Shown here: positions 30,133 to 39,062 of the stretch, piece after piece
How the letters are laid out: each line of letters opens with the position of its first letter
Position numbering within the stretch: position 1 is the first letter of the stretch
From: Pelolinea sp.
GTDB taxonomy: Bacteria > Chloroflexota > Anaerolineae > Anaerolineales > Anaerolineaceae
DNA length: 64,000 nucleotides
Reading direction: 5' to 3'
NCBI GenBank assembly: GCA_030692365.1
Contig: JAUYCC010000075.1
Coordinates: 15,082 to 79,081, forward strand
Notes under the pieces: model-generated
What the model was told of the DNA's origin: nothing
The model's database searches: none
What the model saw: only the letters and a program-made list of their open reading frames with translations
Translations under genes and position numbers: made by a program

Positions 30133-30771
30133 ATGGAAAAGACTATCACTGCTCTGGAAGCACAAAAAAGATATGCGGACAGGATCAATGTATTTCTGGA
30201 TGGCGAATTTGCATTCGGTGTAAGCCGGTTTGTGGGGGCTTGGTTATCGGTCGGGCAAAAAATTGATGAAATTAAATCTAGATCGCTTATCAGCGCTGAT
30301 GAGAAAGAAAGGGCGCTTCAGTATGCATTACGCTTTATAGGATACAAACAGCGAACAGAAGCTGAGGTTATTAAGAAATTGGAACATCTCGAATTTCCTT
30401 CTGAAATTATCAACAATATAATGAGTGAATTAAAAGAAAAACGATATGTTGATGACAAGGAATTTGCTTCTCAATGGATTGAATCGAGAGGTGAATCCAA
30501 ACCGCGCAGTAAGAGATATTTTCAATTTGAATTAAGAAAAAAGGGAATTCCTGGGGAAATAATTGATGTCGCACTTGAAAACGCCCCGGATGACCTGGTA
30601 TCGGCTATCAGGTTAGGAAAAACATACTTGATTAGATATTCGGCAATTAATGATGATGAATTCCGAAAAAAAATGACTGGTGTCTTTTCCAGACGCGCTT
30701 TTCCATATTCAATAGTGAAAGACGCACTCGACGAACTTTTAAGAATCCGAAAAGAAGAGCATGAAGTATAA
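30133..30771 (+). CDS. recX: regulatory protein RecX
   Basis: RINVFLDGEFAF, ALRFIGYKQRTEAEV, YVDDKEFASQW, ELRKKGI; directly upstream of rny. Confidence 0.88.
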   Translation: MEKTITALEAQKRYADRINVFLDGEFAFGVSRFVGAWLSVGQKIDEIKSRSLISADEKERALQYALRFIGYKQRTEAEVIKKLEHLEFPSEIINNIMSELKEKRYVDDKEFASQWIESRGESKPRSKRYFQFELRKKGIPGEIIDVALENAPDDLVSAIRLGKTYLIRYSAINDDEFRKKMTGVFSRRAFPYSIVKDALDELLRIRKEEHEV

Positions 30772-30781
30772 GGAGTAAATA

Positions 30782-32302
30782 ATGGATAATTTGGGAACTG
30801 TTGTACTAATTGTAGGAGCTGTGCTTGTCTTGTCCTATATCGGAGGCCAATTCATTGCCCGGATGATAAACAAATCCGAGCGTGAAAAATTGGATGTTCA
30901 GCTTCAAGAAATTAAAGAAAAAGCTAAAGGTATTGAACTTGAAGCCAAAGATGAATCCATCCGCATCAAACAGCAGGCTGAAGGGGAAATCAGCCGCAGA
31001 AGAAGTGAATTAGCCCGGGAAGATGATCGTTTACAGAAGCGGAGAGATGATCTTGATAACCGAATTGAACGGCTGGAGCAGAGGGAAATTAACTTAAATA
31101 AACGACAGAGCTCTGTAGATAAAAGATTTAGTGAGATTGAACAGCTCTATACTGAACAAATGGAAAAACTTCAGCAAATTTCGCATATGACGGCTGAAGA
31201 GGCTAAAGCCATCCTGCTCGCAGATGTTGAAAAAGAAGCGCATGCTGATATGGCGCGCATCATTCGCCAGATTGAGGCGGAAGCGAGGCAGGAAGGCGAC
31301 AAACGCGCCCGTGAATTAATTACCGAAGCAATTCAACGAGTTGCGTCCGATCAGGTTGCCCAGGTTACAACTTCAACGGTTTCTCTACCAAATGAAGAAA
31401 TGAAAGGGCGCATTGTAGGCCGCAATGGACGCAATATCCGTGCTTTTGAGCAGGCTGCTGGTGTGGATGTCATTGTTGATGATACTCCTGAAGCAGTTAC
31501 TATCAGCTGTTTCGACCCAACCAGAAGAGAAATCGCCCGCCGGTCGCTGGAAAGATTAATCTCGGATGGACGTATCCATCCAGCGCATATTGAAAAAGTG
31601 TTGGCTGAGGAAGAGAAAGAAGTCCAGCGAATAATTGAACAAGCGGGAGAACAAGCCGCTTTTGATGCCGGTGTTTCAGGAATTTCCCCCGAAGTATTAA
31701 GGATGCTTGGTCGTCTTAAATTCAGAACCTCTTACGGCCAGAACCAGCTATCTCATGCGGTTGAGTCATCAATGATTGCCGGTTCTATAGCAGTTGAAAT
31801 TGGCGCTAATGTGGAAGTGGCAAAAGCAGCAGGTCTCTTGCATGATATTGGCAAGGCGATGGACCATAACACCGAAGGAACACATGCTTTAATTGGTGCT
31901 GAATTTTGCCGAAGACACCGGGTTAACCCCGAAGTGGTTAATGCCATCGAATCGCATCATCATGAGACAGAACAACAATCAGTTGAAGCAGTCATTGTAG
32001 AAGCCGCGGACGCGATTTCCGGCGCCAGACCCGGCGCGCGCCGTGAAAACCTGGAACAATACGTAAAACGCCTGCGCGCCTTGGAAGAAATGGCGCATGC
32101 ATATAAAGGCGTCAGCCAGGCATACGCGATACAGGCTGGACGTGAAGTGAGAATCATTGTCAAACCTGAGCAGATCGATGACCTTGAATCCGCTAGAATG
32201 GCAAGGGAAATTGCCAAGAATATTGAAGAGACCATGCAATACCCTGGTCAGATCAAAGTGACCGTGATCCGTGAGAGTAGGGCGGTGGAATTCGCAAAAT
32301 AA
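30782..32302 (+). CDS. rny: ribonuclease Y
   Basis: N-terminal TM, coiled coil, KH domain (MKGRIVGRNGRNIRAFE), HD domain (LLHDIGK), ADAISGARPGAR. Confidence 0.97.
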   Translation: MDNLGTVVLIVGAVLVLSYIGGQFIARMINKSEREKLDVQLQEIKEKAKGIELEAKDESIRIKQQAEGEISRRRSELAREDDRLQKRRDDLDNRIERLEQREINLNKRQSSVDKRFSEIEQLYTEQMEKLQQISHMTAEEAKAILLADVEKEAHADMARIIRQIEAEARQEGDKRARELITEAIQRVASDQVAQVTTSTVSLPNEEMKGRIVGRNGRNIRAFEQAAGVDVIVDDTPEAVTISCFDPTRREIARRSLERLISDGRIHPAHIEKVLAEEEKEVQRIIEQAGEQAAFDAGVSGISPEVLRMLGRLKFRTSYGQNQLSHAVESSMIAGSIAVEIGANVEVAKAAGLLHDIGKAMDHNTEGTHALIGAEFCRRHRVNPEVVNAIESHHHETEQQSVEAVIVEAADAISGARPGARRENLEQYVKRLRALEEMAHAYKGVSQAYAIQAGREVRIIVKPEQIDDLESARMAREIAKNIEETMQYPGQIKVTVIRESRAVEFAK

Positions 32303-32306
32303 TCAG

Positions 32307-32341
32307 GAAGCGGAGTGATTTTCACTCCGCTTCTTTTTTTT
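32307..32341 (+). terminator. intrinsic terminator after rny
   Basis: GAAGCGGAGTGA-ttt-TCACTCCGCTTC then T8. Confidence 0.85.
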
Positions 32342-32972
32342 ACAGGTATGGATTGTTTTCCATCTCTTCTTGGACGGTTGTCGCAGGACCATGTCCGGGA
32401 TAGAGTGTTGTGTTTGGGTCAAGTTTGAAAATCTTTCCTTTGATGCTTTGCATCAAATCGTCTTCATTACTTATTTTTAAGTCTGTTCGGCCAACGCCGT
32501 GATAAAAGATCAGATCTCCGCAAAAAGCAGCAGAATCTTTTTCTATTAAATATGTGACATGCCCGGGAGTATGTCCTGGGGTATGTAATACTTTTATAGT
32601 TATCTCGCCAAGGCGAAGGATTTGGTTATCTTCCAAAATCAAATTTGGTTCACTGCCCACGCTAAACTCAAAACCAAAGTCCTTTGAACTGCCGCCTTTC
32701 CGCCAAAGCTCCAGGTCGGCAGGGTGCAATGCTACATTCAGTTCATGGTTATATTGTGCTTTAAACCACTTTACCCCGCCGATATGGTCAAAGTGGGCGT
32801 GGGTGATCAGGATATATTCAAGGTGCCAATTATTATCCTGAATTTTTTGGAATAGCTTACGGCTGGCGACAGATGAATCAATAATGGCTGCTTTTTTTGA
32901 AGATGTATCTGCAATTAAATAAGTATTATTTTCAATTGGACCTAATACAAAGGTTGAAATGGATAGTGACAT
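32340..32972 (-). CDS. MBL-fold metallo-hydrolase (glyoxalase II-like, YcbL/GloC type)
   Basis: THAHFDHIG, TPGHTPG, GDLIF..GVGRTD, YPGHG. Confidence 0.9.
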   Translation of the reverse strand: MSLSISTFVLGPIENNTYLIADTSSKKAAIIDSSVASRKLFQKIQDNNWHLEYILITHAHFDHIGGVKWFKAQYNHELNVALHPADLELWRKGGSSKDFGFEFSVGSEPNLILEDNQILRLGEITIKVLHTPGHTPGHVTYLIEKDSAAFCGDLIFYHGVGRTDLKISNEDDLMQSIKGKIFKLDPNTTLYPGHGPATTVQEEMENNPYL

Positions 32973-33068
32973 TGCTTAGCTGCTTTCTTTTATTTGAAAT
33001 TGGTTTCTTAAATTATTTCTTAAGGAATTTATTTTCGCTTGGCAAACCAGGATTTTATTATTGGCAAA

Positions 33069-34172
33069 TTAGATAACCTTTACTTCCCTTGGAAGGCTGG
33101 TCAGGGTTTCGCAGGCTTCTTCACTCACCAGAATGTTATCTTCAATCCGGATTCCGCCTCTACCTGGCAGGTAAATCCCGGGTTCGATGGTGAAAACCAT
33201 GCCAATTTTAAGAGGAGAGGAATTTGTTTGGGAAATATACGGATCTTCATGCGCTAATAATCCAATTCCATGCCCAGTCCGGTGGGTAAACGAATCACCA
33301 TATCCGGCTTTGGTTATTACATCTCGCGCAGTTTTGTCCAGGTCGCTGGCAGAAATACCAGCTCTTGCGGCAGCTCTGGCTGCTTGGTTAGCATTTAGTA
33401 CTACGGCGGCGATTTGGTTCATCTCAGCATTTTCACCGCCTACCAAAAAACTGCGGGTGAGGTCCGAAACGTACCCATCGTAACGCGCTCCCCAATCGAT
33501 GATTAGGGCATCACCTATTTGTATCACCCTGTCCCCGGGCATGGCATGGGGGTTGGCGCTGTTAGGGCCGGAAGCGATGATTGGATTGAATGGCAGATCT
33601 GGTTCAGATCCTTCAGTTAAAAGATGAATGATCAATTGATTTGCCAGATATTTTTCACTAACCCCTGGTTTAATTTGAGATAATAAAGTCATAAACGCTT
33701 TTTCCGCGATGGATATTGCTTTACGAATAGCCATTATTTCTTCTTTGTCCTTCTGGATCTTCAGGGCTTTCAGGATTTCCATTGCGGAAACAACATGGCT
33801 GTGTCCAGCTGCTTTTTGAATCAGATCCATTTCGAGAAAGCGCATTGATTCTGGTGCAACGCCAATAGTTTTTTTGGACAGCTCTAAATTATTTGCTGCT
33901 TGTAAAAATACTTTGGGCCACAACCCGGTGTCCTCGGGATAGGGGAAAAACTCTAGATCAATTATGGATTGCTTTGCTTTTTCCTGTTCAAATTCAGGGA
34001 AGATTAATGCTGGCTTTCCTTTGGATGGGATGAGCAATACTGCCGGCCGTTCGGAAAGGTGGAATTTCAACCCTGTAAAATACTCCAGATCAACACCCGC
34101 ATTGATCGCCAGAATATCCTGCTTCTCAGTAGTCATCAAATCTTGAAGCAAAGTTATCCTATTTTGATTCAT
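33069..34172 (-). CDS. Xaa-Pro peptidase (M24B)
   Basis: Creatinase-like N-domain; DWG...SDLTR, HRTGHGIG..AHE, EPGIY, GIRIED. Confidence 0.92.
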   Translation of the reverse strand: MNQNRITLLQDLMTTEKQDILAINAGVDLEYFTGLKFHLSERPAVLLIPSKGKPALIFPEFEQEKAKQSIIDLEFFPYPEDTGLWPKVFLQAANNLELSKKTIGVAPESMRFLEMDLIQKAAGHSHVVSAMEILKALKIQKDKEEIMAIRKAISIAEKAFMTLLSQIKPGVSEKYLANQLIIHLLTEGSEPDLPFNPIIASGPNSANPHAMPGDRVIQIGDALIIDWGARYDGYVSDLTRSFLVGGENAEMNQIAAVVLNANQAARAAARAGISASDLDKTARDVITKAGYGDSFTHRTGHGIGLLAHEDPYISQTNSSPLKIGMVFTIEPGIYLPGRGGIRIEDNILVSEEACETLTSLPREVKVI

Positions 34173-34190
34173 TTCCTCTCCAATTGGTTG

Positions 34191-36470
34191 TTAGAGCGCT
34201 TTCTTCCGTAATGACCTTGCCGCATTGACCATCGCTTTAAGCGAAGGGATTACTTCTTCCCAGGTGCGGGTTTTAAGTCCGCAATCAGGGTTTACCCAAA
34301 GCTGGTCCCCGGGTATTACTTCCAGCGCTTTTTCCAACAGACCAACAATTTCTTCGACTTTGGGGATGTTAGGAGAATGAATGTCATAGACACCCGGACC
34401 GATGTCATTCGGATAGTGGTAATCGCCAAACGCTTTAAGCAGTTGCATGTTCGACCGGCTGGCTTCGATGGATATTACGTCCGCATCCATTTCACCAATC
34501 GCATTAACAATGTCATTAAATTCTGCGTAGCACATATGCGTGTGGATTTGGGTCTCATCCTTCACTCCACTGGACGTAATTTTAAAGCACTCGACTGCCC
34601 AGGATAAATATTGTTGCCATTTAGATTTCTGAATGGGTAAGCCTTCCCGAAGCGCCGGTTCATCAATTTGAATGATTTGAATCCCCACTGATTCCAGATC
34701 CAGGACTTCCTCGCGGATTGCCAACGCAATCTCACGGCAGGTATCGGCACGAGGCTGGTCATCATGAACGAATGACCACTGCAGAATGGTTACGGGTCCG
34801 GTCAACATCCCTTTGACAGGCTTGTCGGTTAAGGATTGGGTATATTTTGCCCAATCAACCGTCATCGTTTCAGGGCGGGAAACAAGTCCGTATATAATTG
34901 GCGGACGGACATAGCGAGAACCGTAGGATTGAACCCACCCATGGCTGGTAAAGGTGAATCCTTGCATCTTTTCGGCGAAATATTGAACCATGTCATTTCT
35001 TTCAAATTCTCCATGCACCAAGACGTCCAATCCAATTTCTTCCTGCAATCGTATGACTTTCTCGATCTCAGACCTTATAAAAGCATCATATTCGGTTTGA
35101 TTAATTTCCCCTCTATTTAACTTAGCCCTTATACTTCGGATTTCAATAGTCTGGGGAAATGACCCAATTGTGGTGGCCGGGAACTTCGGCAGCGATAGCT
35201 GCTGTTTCTTTTTTCTTTCAATGAACGGAGATTGCCTTTCAAGTTGCACAGGGGGGACAGATTGTAAAGAACGCATTGCACGTGACTTACTCTTTTCCAT
35301 TGTATTTTTTCTGCTTATTAGAGCTGCCTCGTTATTAATGAGTAAGTTTTTGTATTTTTTCGGATCATTGACAAATCGTTGTAATAAAACCAGTTCCTGA
35401 AGTTTTTGTTTGGCGAAGCTCATCCAGGATTTAATTTCCGTAACTATCTCGGTCTCTAATTCCAAATCCTGAGGAATGTGTAACATCGAACAGGATGGTG
35501 CAATTAGCAATTCCTGTGGGTTCAGGCTATCCTGGATTTCGTGAATTAACTCAGCCTGGTGGATAAGGTCAGTCTTCCATATATTACGCCCATCAATGAT
35601 TCCGAGAGAAAGCGTTTCAAGTTTGGGCAGGTATGATATTAGTTCAATTGGATCACTCGTATTTAAACGATCAATATGCAGACCTTCAAAGGGAGAAGCA
35701 GAAATCAATTCTTTATTGATTGAGATGTCATCGAAATAAGTGGTAAGCAATAACTTGGGTCTGTTTTCTGATTTACTAAATTCAATAAACATCTCTTGAT
35801 AAGCTTTCTTTATCCCCTGGTTTAAATCCGAAACCAGGAATGGCTCGTCAAGCTGAATCCATTGCACACCTGCGAGGTATAACTCGGAAAATAATTGCTT
35901 GTATATTGGTAATAATTCGGAAATCTTCTCAAAGGGACTAAACCCCGTGTCGTTTGTTTTGCTTAATAAAAGAAAAGTTACTGGACCAATGATGACTGGC
36001 CGAGTGATAATTCCAACTGTTTTTGCGAGATTAAAGGCATCCAAAGGTTTCTGGCTATTAAGGTTGAAGCGTGTGTCCCGCGAGATCTCCGGGACGATGT
36101 AGTGGTAGTTGGTGTTAAACCACTTTGTCATTTCCATAGCCGGGATGCTCACTCCAGCATTTTGGAAACCCCTGGCCATCGCAAAATAGCGAGTGTACTC
36201 GTCCGTGATTTGATCGTGGAAGACTCTGGAAGGGATAGCGTTGACCATAATGGCGGTATCCAGAACATGGTCATAAAGGGAGAAATCATTGCTGGGGATC
36301 AGGTCGATCCCCAAGTTTTGCTGAAGCTGCCAGTTGCTAATTTGAATTTCCTGTGAGGTCTTGAGCAAACTTTCCAGATCGGATTTGTGGTTCCAGTAAG
36401 CTTCCAGCGCAAATTTCAATTCCCGCTTCAGCCCAATTTGTGGATATCCAAGATTTGAAGTTAGAACCAT
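34191..36470 (-). CDS. metE: cobalamin-independent methionine synthase
   Basis: KWFNTNYHY, TTIGSFPQT, HGEFERNDMV, HTHMCY, WVNPDCGLKTR; full length. Confidence 0.97.
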   Translation of the reverse strand: MVLTSNLGYPQIGLKRELKFALEAYWNHKSDLESLLKTSQEIQISNWQLQQNLGIDLIPSNDFSLYDHVLDTAIMVNAIPSRVFHDQITDEYTRYFAMARGFQNAGVSIPAMEMTKWFNTNYHYIVPEISRDTRFNLNSQKPLDAFNLAKTVGIITRPVIIGPVTFLLLSKTNDTGFSPFEKISELLPIYKQLFSELYLAGVQWIQLDEPFLVSDLNQGIKKAYQEMFIEFSKSENRPKLLLTTYFDDISINKELISASPFEGLHIDRLNTSDPIELISYLPKLETLSLGIIDGRNIWKTDLIHQAELIHEIQDSLNPQELLIAPSCSMLHIPQDLELETEIVTEIKSWMSFAKQKLQELVLLQRFVNDPKKYKNLLINNEAALISRKNTMEKSKSRAMRSLQSVPPVQLERQSPFIERKKKQQLSLPKFPATTIGSFPQTIEIRSIRAKLNRGEINQTEYDAFIRSEIEKVIRLQEEIGLDVLVHGEFERNDMVQYFAEKMQGFTFTSHGWVQSYGSRYVRPPIIYGLVSRPETMTVDWAKYTQSLTDKPVKGMLTGPVTILQWSFVHDDQPRADTCREIALAIREEVLDLESVGIQIIQIDEPALREGLPIQKSKWQQYLSWAVECFKITSSGVKDETQIHTHMCYAEFNDIVNAIGEMDADVISIEASRSNMQLLKAFGDYHYPNDIGPGVYDIHSPNIPKVEEIVGLLEKALEVIPGDQLWVNPDCGLKTRTWEEVIPSLKAMVNAARSLRKKAL

Positions 36471-36478
36471 TTGCTCCT

Positions 36479-37183
36479 TTATTCTTTAGTTATCGGTTCA
36501 ACGAATATATTACTTGCCACGTCAAATCCTAGGATGACTGTTTGGTCGGAAATTTTCAATTTTATGGTTTTATTGAAAGGCAATACTTCAATAATGGTTG
36601 CTAATGAACCCGGAAGCGCATGGTGATTTTCTAGGTATTTCATCAATTCATGATCACTTTCGAGAAATTCATGTATTCTGCGGATAATAATTTGGTCTTT
36701 CTCGTGAAAAGCGCTTATAGGTCTCCAGGAATCAGAATAGGATTCGGAGCCAGGCATAGGATTTCCGTGAGGACAGTGGGTTGGGTCATCCAGCGTTTCT
36801 TGAAGGCTTTTTTCAACATCTCCTGAAATGGTATGCTCGATCCTATCTGCCTCTTCATGAATTTCTGACCAGGGAAGTTTAAGAATTTTTGACAGCATCC
36901 ACTCCGTCAGCATGTGCCGCCGGATAATAGTACTGGCAGCCGCAAGGCCTGAATTTGTAAAATGAATTTTTTTCTCTTCATCCAAAACTATCCATTCATC
37001 TCTAACCATTCGTTGGAGGGTTACGGTTACAGTAGGGGCAGAGACATTTAATAATTCAGCCAAACGCGCCCCATAAACCTCTTCGCCATCGCGATGGAGG
37101 GTATAAATAATTCCCAAATAATCTTCAATAGTGGGTGTGGGGGATTTGCTTTTATTGTCTGTCAAATCTAAAGGTCTTTTCAA
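36479..37183 (-). CDS. DtxR/MntR family metal-dependent transcriptional regulator with FeoA-like C-domain
   Basis: EDYL, HTH LAELLNVSAPTVT, RRHMLTE, HEEADRIEH, CPHGNPMP. Confidence 0.92.
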   Translation of the reverse strand: MKRPLDLTDNKSKSPTPTIEDYLGIIYTLHRDGEEVYGARLAELLNVSAPTVTVTLQRMVRDEWIVLDEEKKIHFTNSGLAAASTIIRRHMLTEWMLSKILKLPWSEIHEEADRIEHTISGDVEKSLQETLDDPTHCPHGNPMPGSESYSDSWRPISAFHEKDQIIIRRIHEFLESDHELMKYLENHHALPGSLATIIEVLPFNKTIKLKISDQTVILGFDVASNIFVEPITKE

Positions 37184-37227
37184 TTAATTATGGAAAATAT
37201 ATCTTTTTTATCAAATTTCTCTAAAAA

Positions 37228-37256
37228 ATTGTATCATCTTGAAAAAACATGTCAAG
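37228..37256 (-). promoter_or_regulatory. sigma70-type promoter of the DtxR-metE operon, overlapped by an inverted repeat
   Basis: On the minus strand TTGACA-16nt-TACAAT with extended -10 TG; CTTGA-N9-TCAAG at 37238-37256. Confidence 0.6.
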
Positions 37257-37315
37257 CGTAGAAAAACCAGATTCCAGCACGGGTATAATTCCTGTTTTGG
37301 GATCAGCCATTAATT

Positions 37316-38191
37316 ATGCATACCAATCAAGATTTGTATAAGAATCTCCTTTCCCGACACTCGATCAGGCGATATAAACATGATCTGTTGGGTAAAGAGG
37401 AATTATTAAAAATAAGCAATTTCACACAAGTTGTCGAGTCACTTGATGATAAAAACATTTTTTATTTCAAATTATTCGAATATCAACCAGAAACACCAAG
37501 CGGCAAAGCGTTGGGTGGATTTGGCCGAATCATGAATCCGCCTTATTTTATGGCCCCATTCATTAATGGCAATATTAATTCTATTGTAGATCTGGGTTTC
37601 CGCACACAACAAATAGTATTGGACCTGTGGAGCAAAGGAATCGGTTCCTGTTATGTGGGATGCGTGCACAGACAAAACCGGGTGAAACAGCTCTTAAATC
37701 TGTCTAACCCAATAAAAATTATATCCTTCTTGATATTTGGATTGCCAGATAAAAATCAATCCTTAAGGCTGTATCAAAAAATATCACAGGTATTCACAAG
37801 GTCTAAAAAAAGATTATCTTATGAGGAATTATTTTTGGACCATCAGCTTCCAGAAAACGTCAGGCGGAATATACTTGTGAAGAAAATTCTCGAAGCTGGC
37901 AGGTACGCACCTTCGGCGACCAATGCTCAGCCCTGGCGTTTTAATATCAAGGAGAATCAATTTACGATTTTCGCACATCAAAAAAAGATAGCCAACATTT
38001 ATGATCTCGAACAGGGCTATTCATTACATGACACGGGGATTTGTATGGCTAATATGAGCAAAGCCGCACAAGCGCTTGGGACAGCGATCCGCTGGTGCTG
38101 GGTTGACGCAGATTTCAATAAGCAACCATCGAATGGAATTGATATTCCGATTGCATTTTTTTCGTTGGACGATTTAAGGAGCAACCTATGA
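37316..38191 (+). CDS. nitroreductase family protein (two nitroreductase-like halves)
   Basis: SRHSIRRY, GIGSCYVG, AGRYAPSATNAQPW, DTGICMAN. Confidence 0.85.
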   Translation: MHTNQDLYKNLLSRHSIRRYKHDLLGKEELLKISNFTQVVESLDDKNIFYFKLFEYQPETPSGKALGGFGRIMNPPYFMAPFINGNINSIVDLGFRTQQIVLDLWSKGIGSCYVGCVHRQNRVKQLLNLSNPIKIISFLIFGLPDKNQSLRLYQKISQVFTRSKKRLSYEELFLDHQLPENVRRNILVKKILEAGRYAPSATNAQPWRFNIKENQFTIFAHQKKIANIYDLEQGYSLHDTGICMANMSKAAQALGTAIRWCWVDADFNKQPSNGIDIPIAFFSLDDLRSNL

Positions 38192-38952
38192 TCAATATCA
38201 GAACCAGTCAAGAGATAGCTGGCCTAAGAGTGGCGGCAAAAATTGTTGCCGAAACTTTTAAAGAAATAGAAGGGCTCATGCATCCTGGAACTGTTTTATC
38301 AGAAATTGATCTCATGGCTGAAAAATACATCCTCAAACAGGGCGGCGAAACTTTATATAAGGGAATTCATCAACGACCGCACCAACACCCGTTTCCTGGC
38401 GTAATCTGTACCTCATTAAACAATCAGATTTGTCATGGTATTCCTGACGGGAGGATATTAAAGGATGGTGATATTGTTGGAATTGATATTGGCTTGCGCT
38501 ATAAGGGATGGTGCGGGGACGCCTGTGTCACATACATGGTGGGGAAAGTTTCGCCTGAGTCCAGGCGTCTCGTAGAAACAACCCGCACCTGTCTGGAAAA
38601 AGGCATCGCCGCCAGCCTGTCAGGTAATCATATTGGTGCAATTGGGGCAGCCATTCAAAAGCTTGCTGAAAGTCGCGGGTATTCAGTGGTTAGGGAATAC
38701 GGAGGCCATGGGATTGGCCGAGAATTGTGGGAAGAACCCTTTGTGCCTCATATTGGCCCCGCTGATCACGGCGCTCGCATGCGCGAAGGACTGGTTATTA
38801 ACATTGAACCTATGATCAACATTGGCGAGCCTGACACTCGATTGATGCCAGATGAATGGTCAGTGGAGACAGTAGATGGGTCGTTATCCGCGCAATTTGA
38901 GCATACGATTGTTGTCACAGATAATGGTCCGGAAATATTAACCATAATCTAG
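38188..38952 (+). CDS. map: methionine aminopeptidase type I
   Basis: CTSLNNQICHGIP, DIG...GDAC, GHGIG, IEPMI, SAQFEHT. Confidence 0.96.
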   Translation: MINIRTSQEIAGLRVAAKIVAETFKEIEGLMHPGTVLSEIDLMAEKYILKQGGETLYKGIHQRPHQHPFPGVICTSLNNQICHGIPDGRILKDGDIVGIDIGLRYKGWCGDACVTYMVGKVSPESRRLVETTRTCLEKGIAASLSGNHIGAIGAAIQKLAESRGYSVVREYGGHGIGRELWEEPFVPHIGPADHGARMREGLVINIEPMINIGEPDTRLMPDEWSVETVDGSLSAQFEHTIVVTDNGPEILTII

Positions 38953-39062
38953 CAATCAAAAGCTTTCTTGAAAAGATTACCCTAATACTTGATGTTCGGT
39001 TTGTAATATTTTCCTCAATACGAAATCAAGAACTTCTTTTGACCCTAAAACGCCCATATAAG

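Noticed and set aside
36471-37315. Cobalamin or SAM riboswitch controlling metE
   Set aside because: Only 8 nt precede metE, and the AT-rich gap upstream of the regulator shows no riboswitch core motifs
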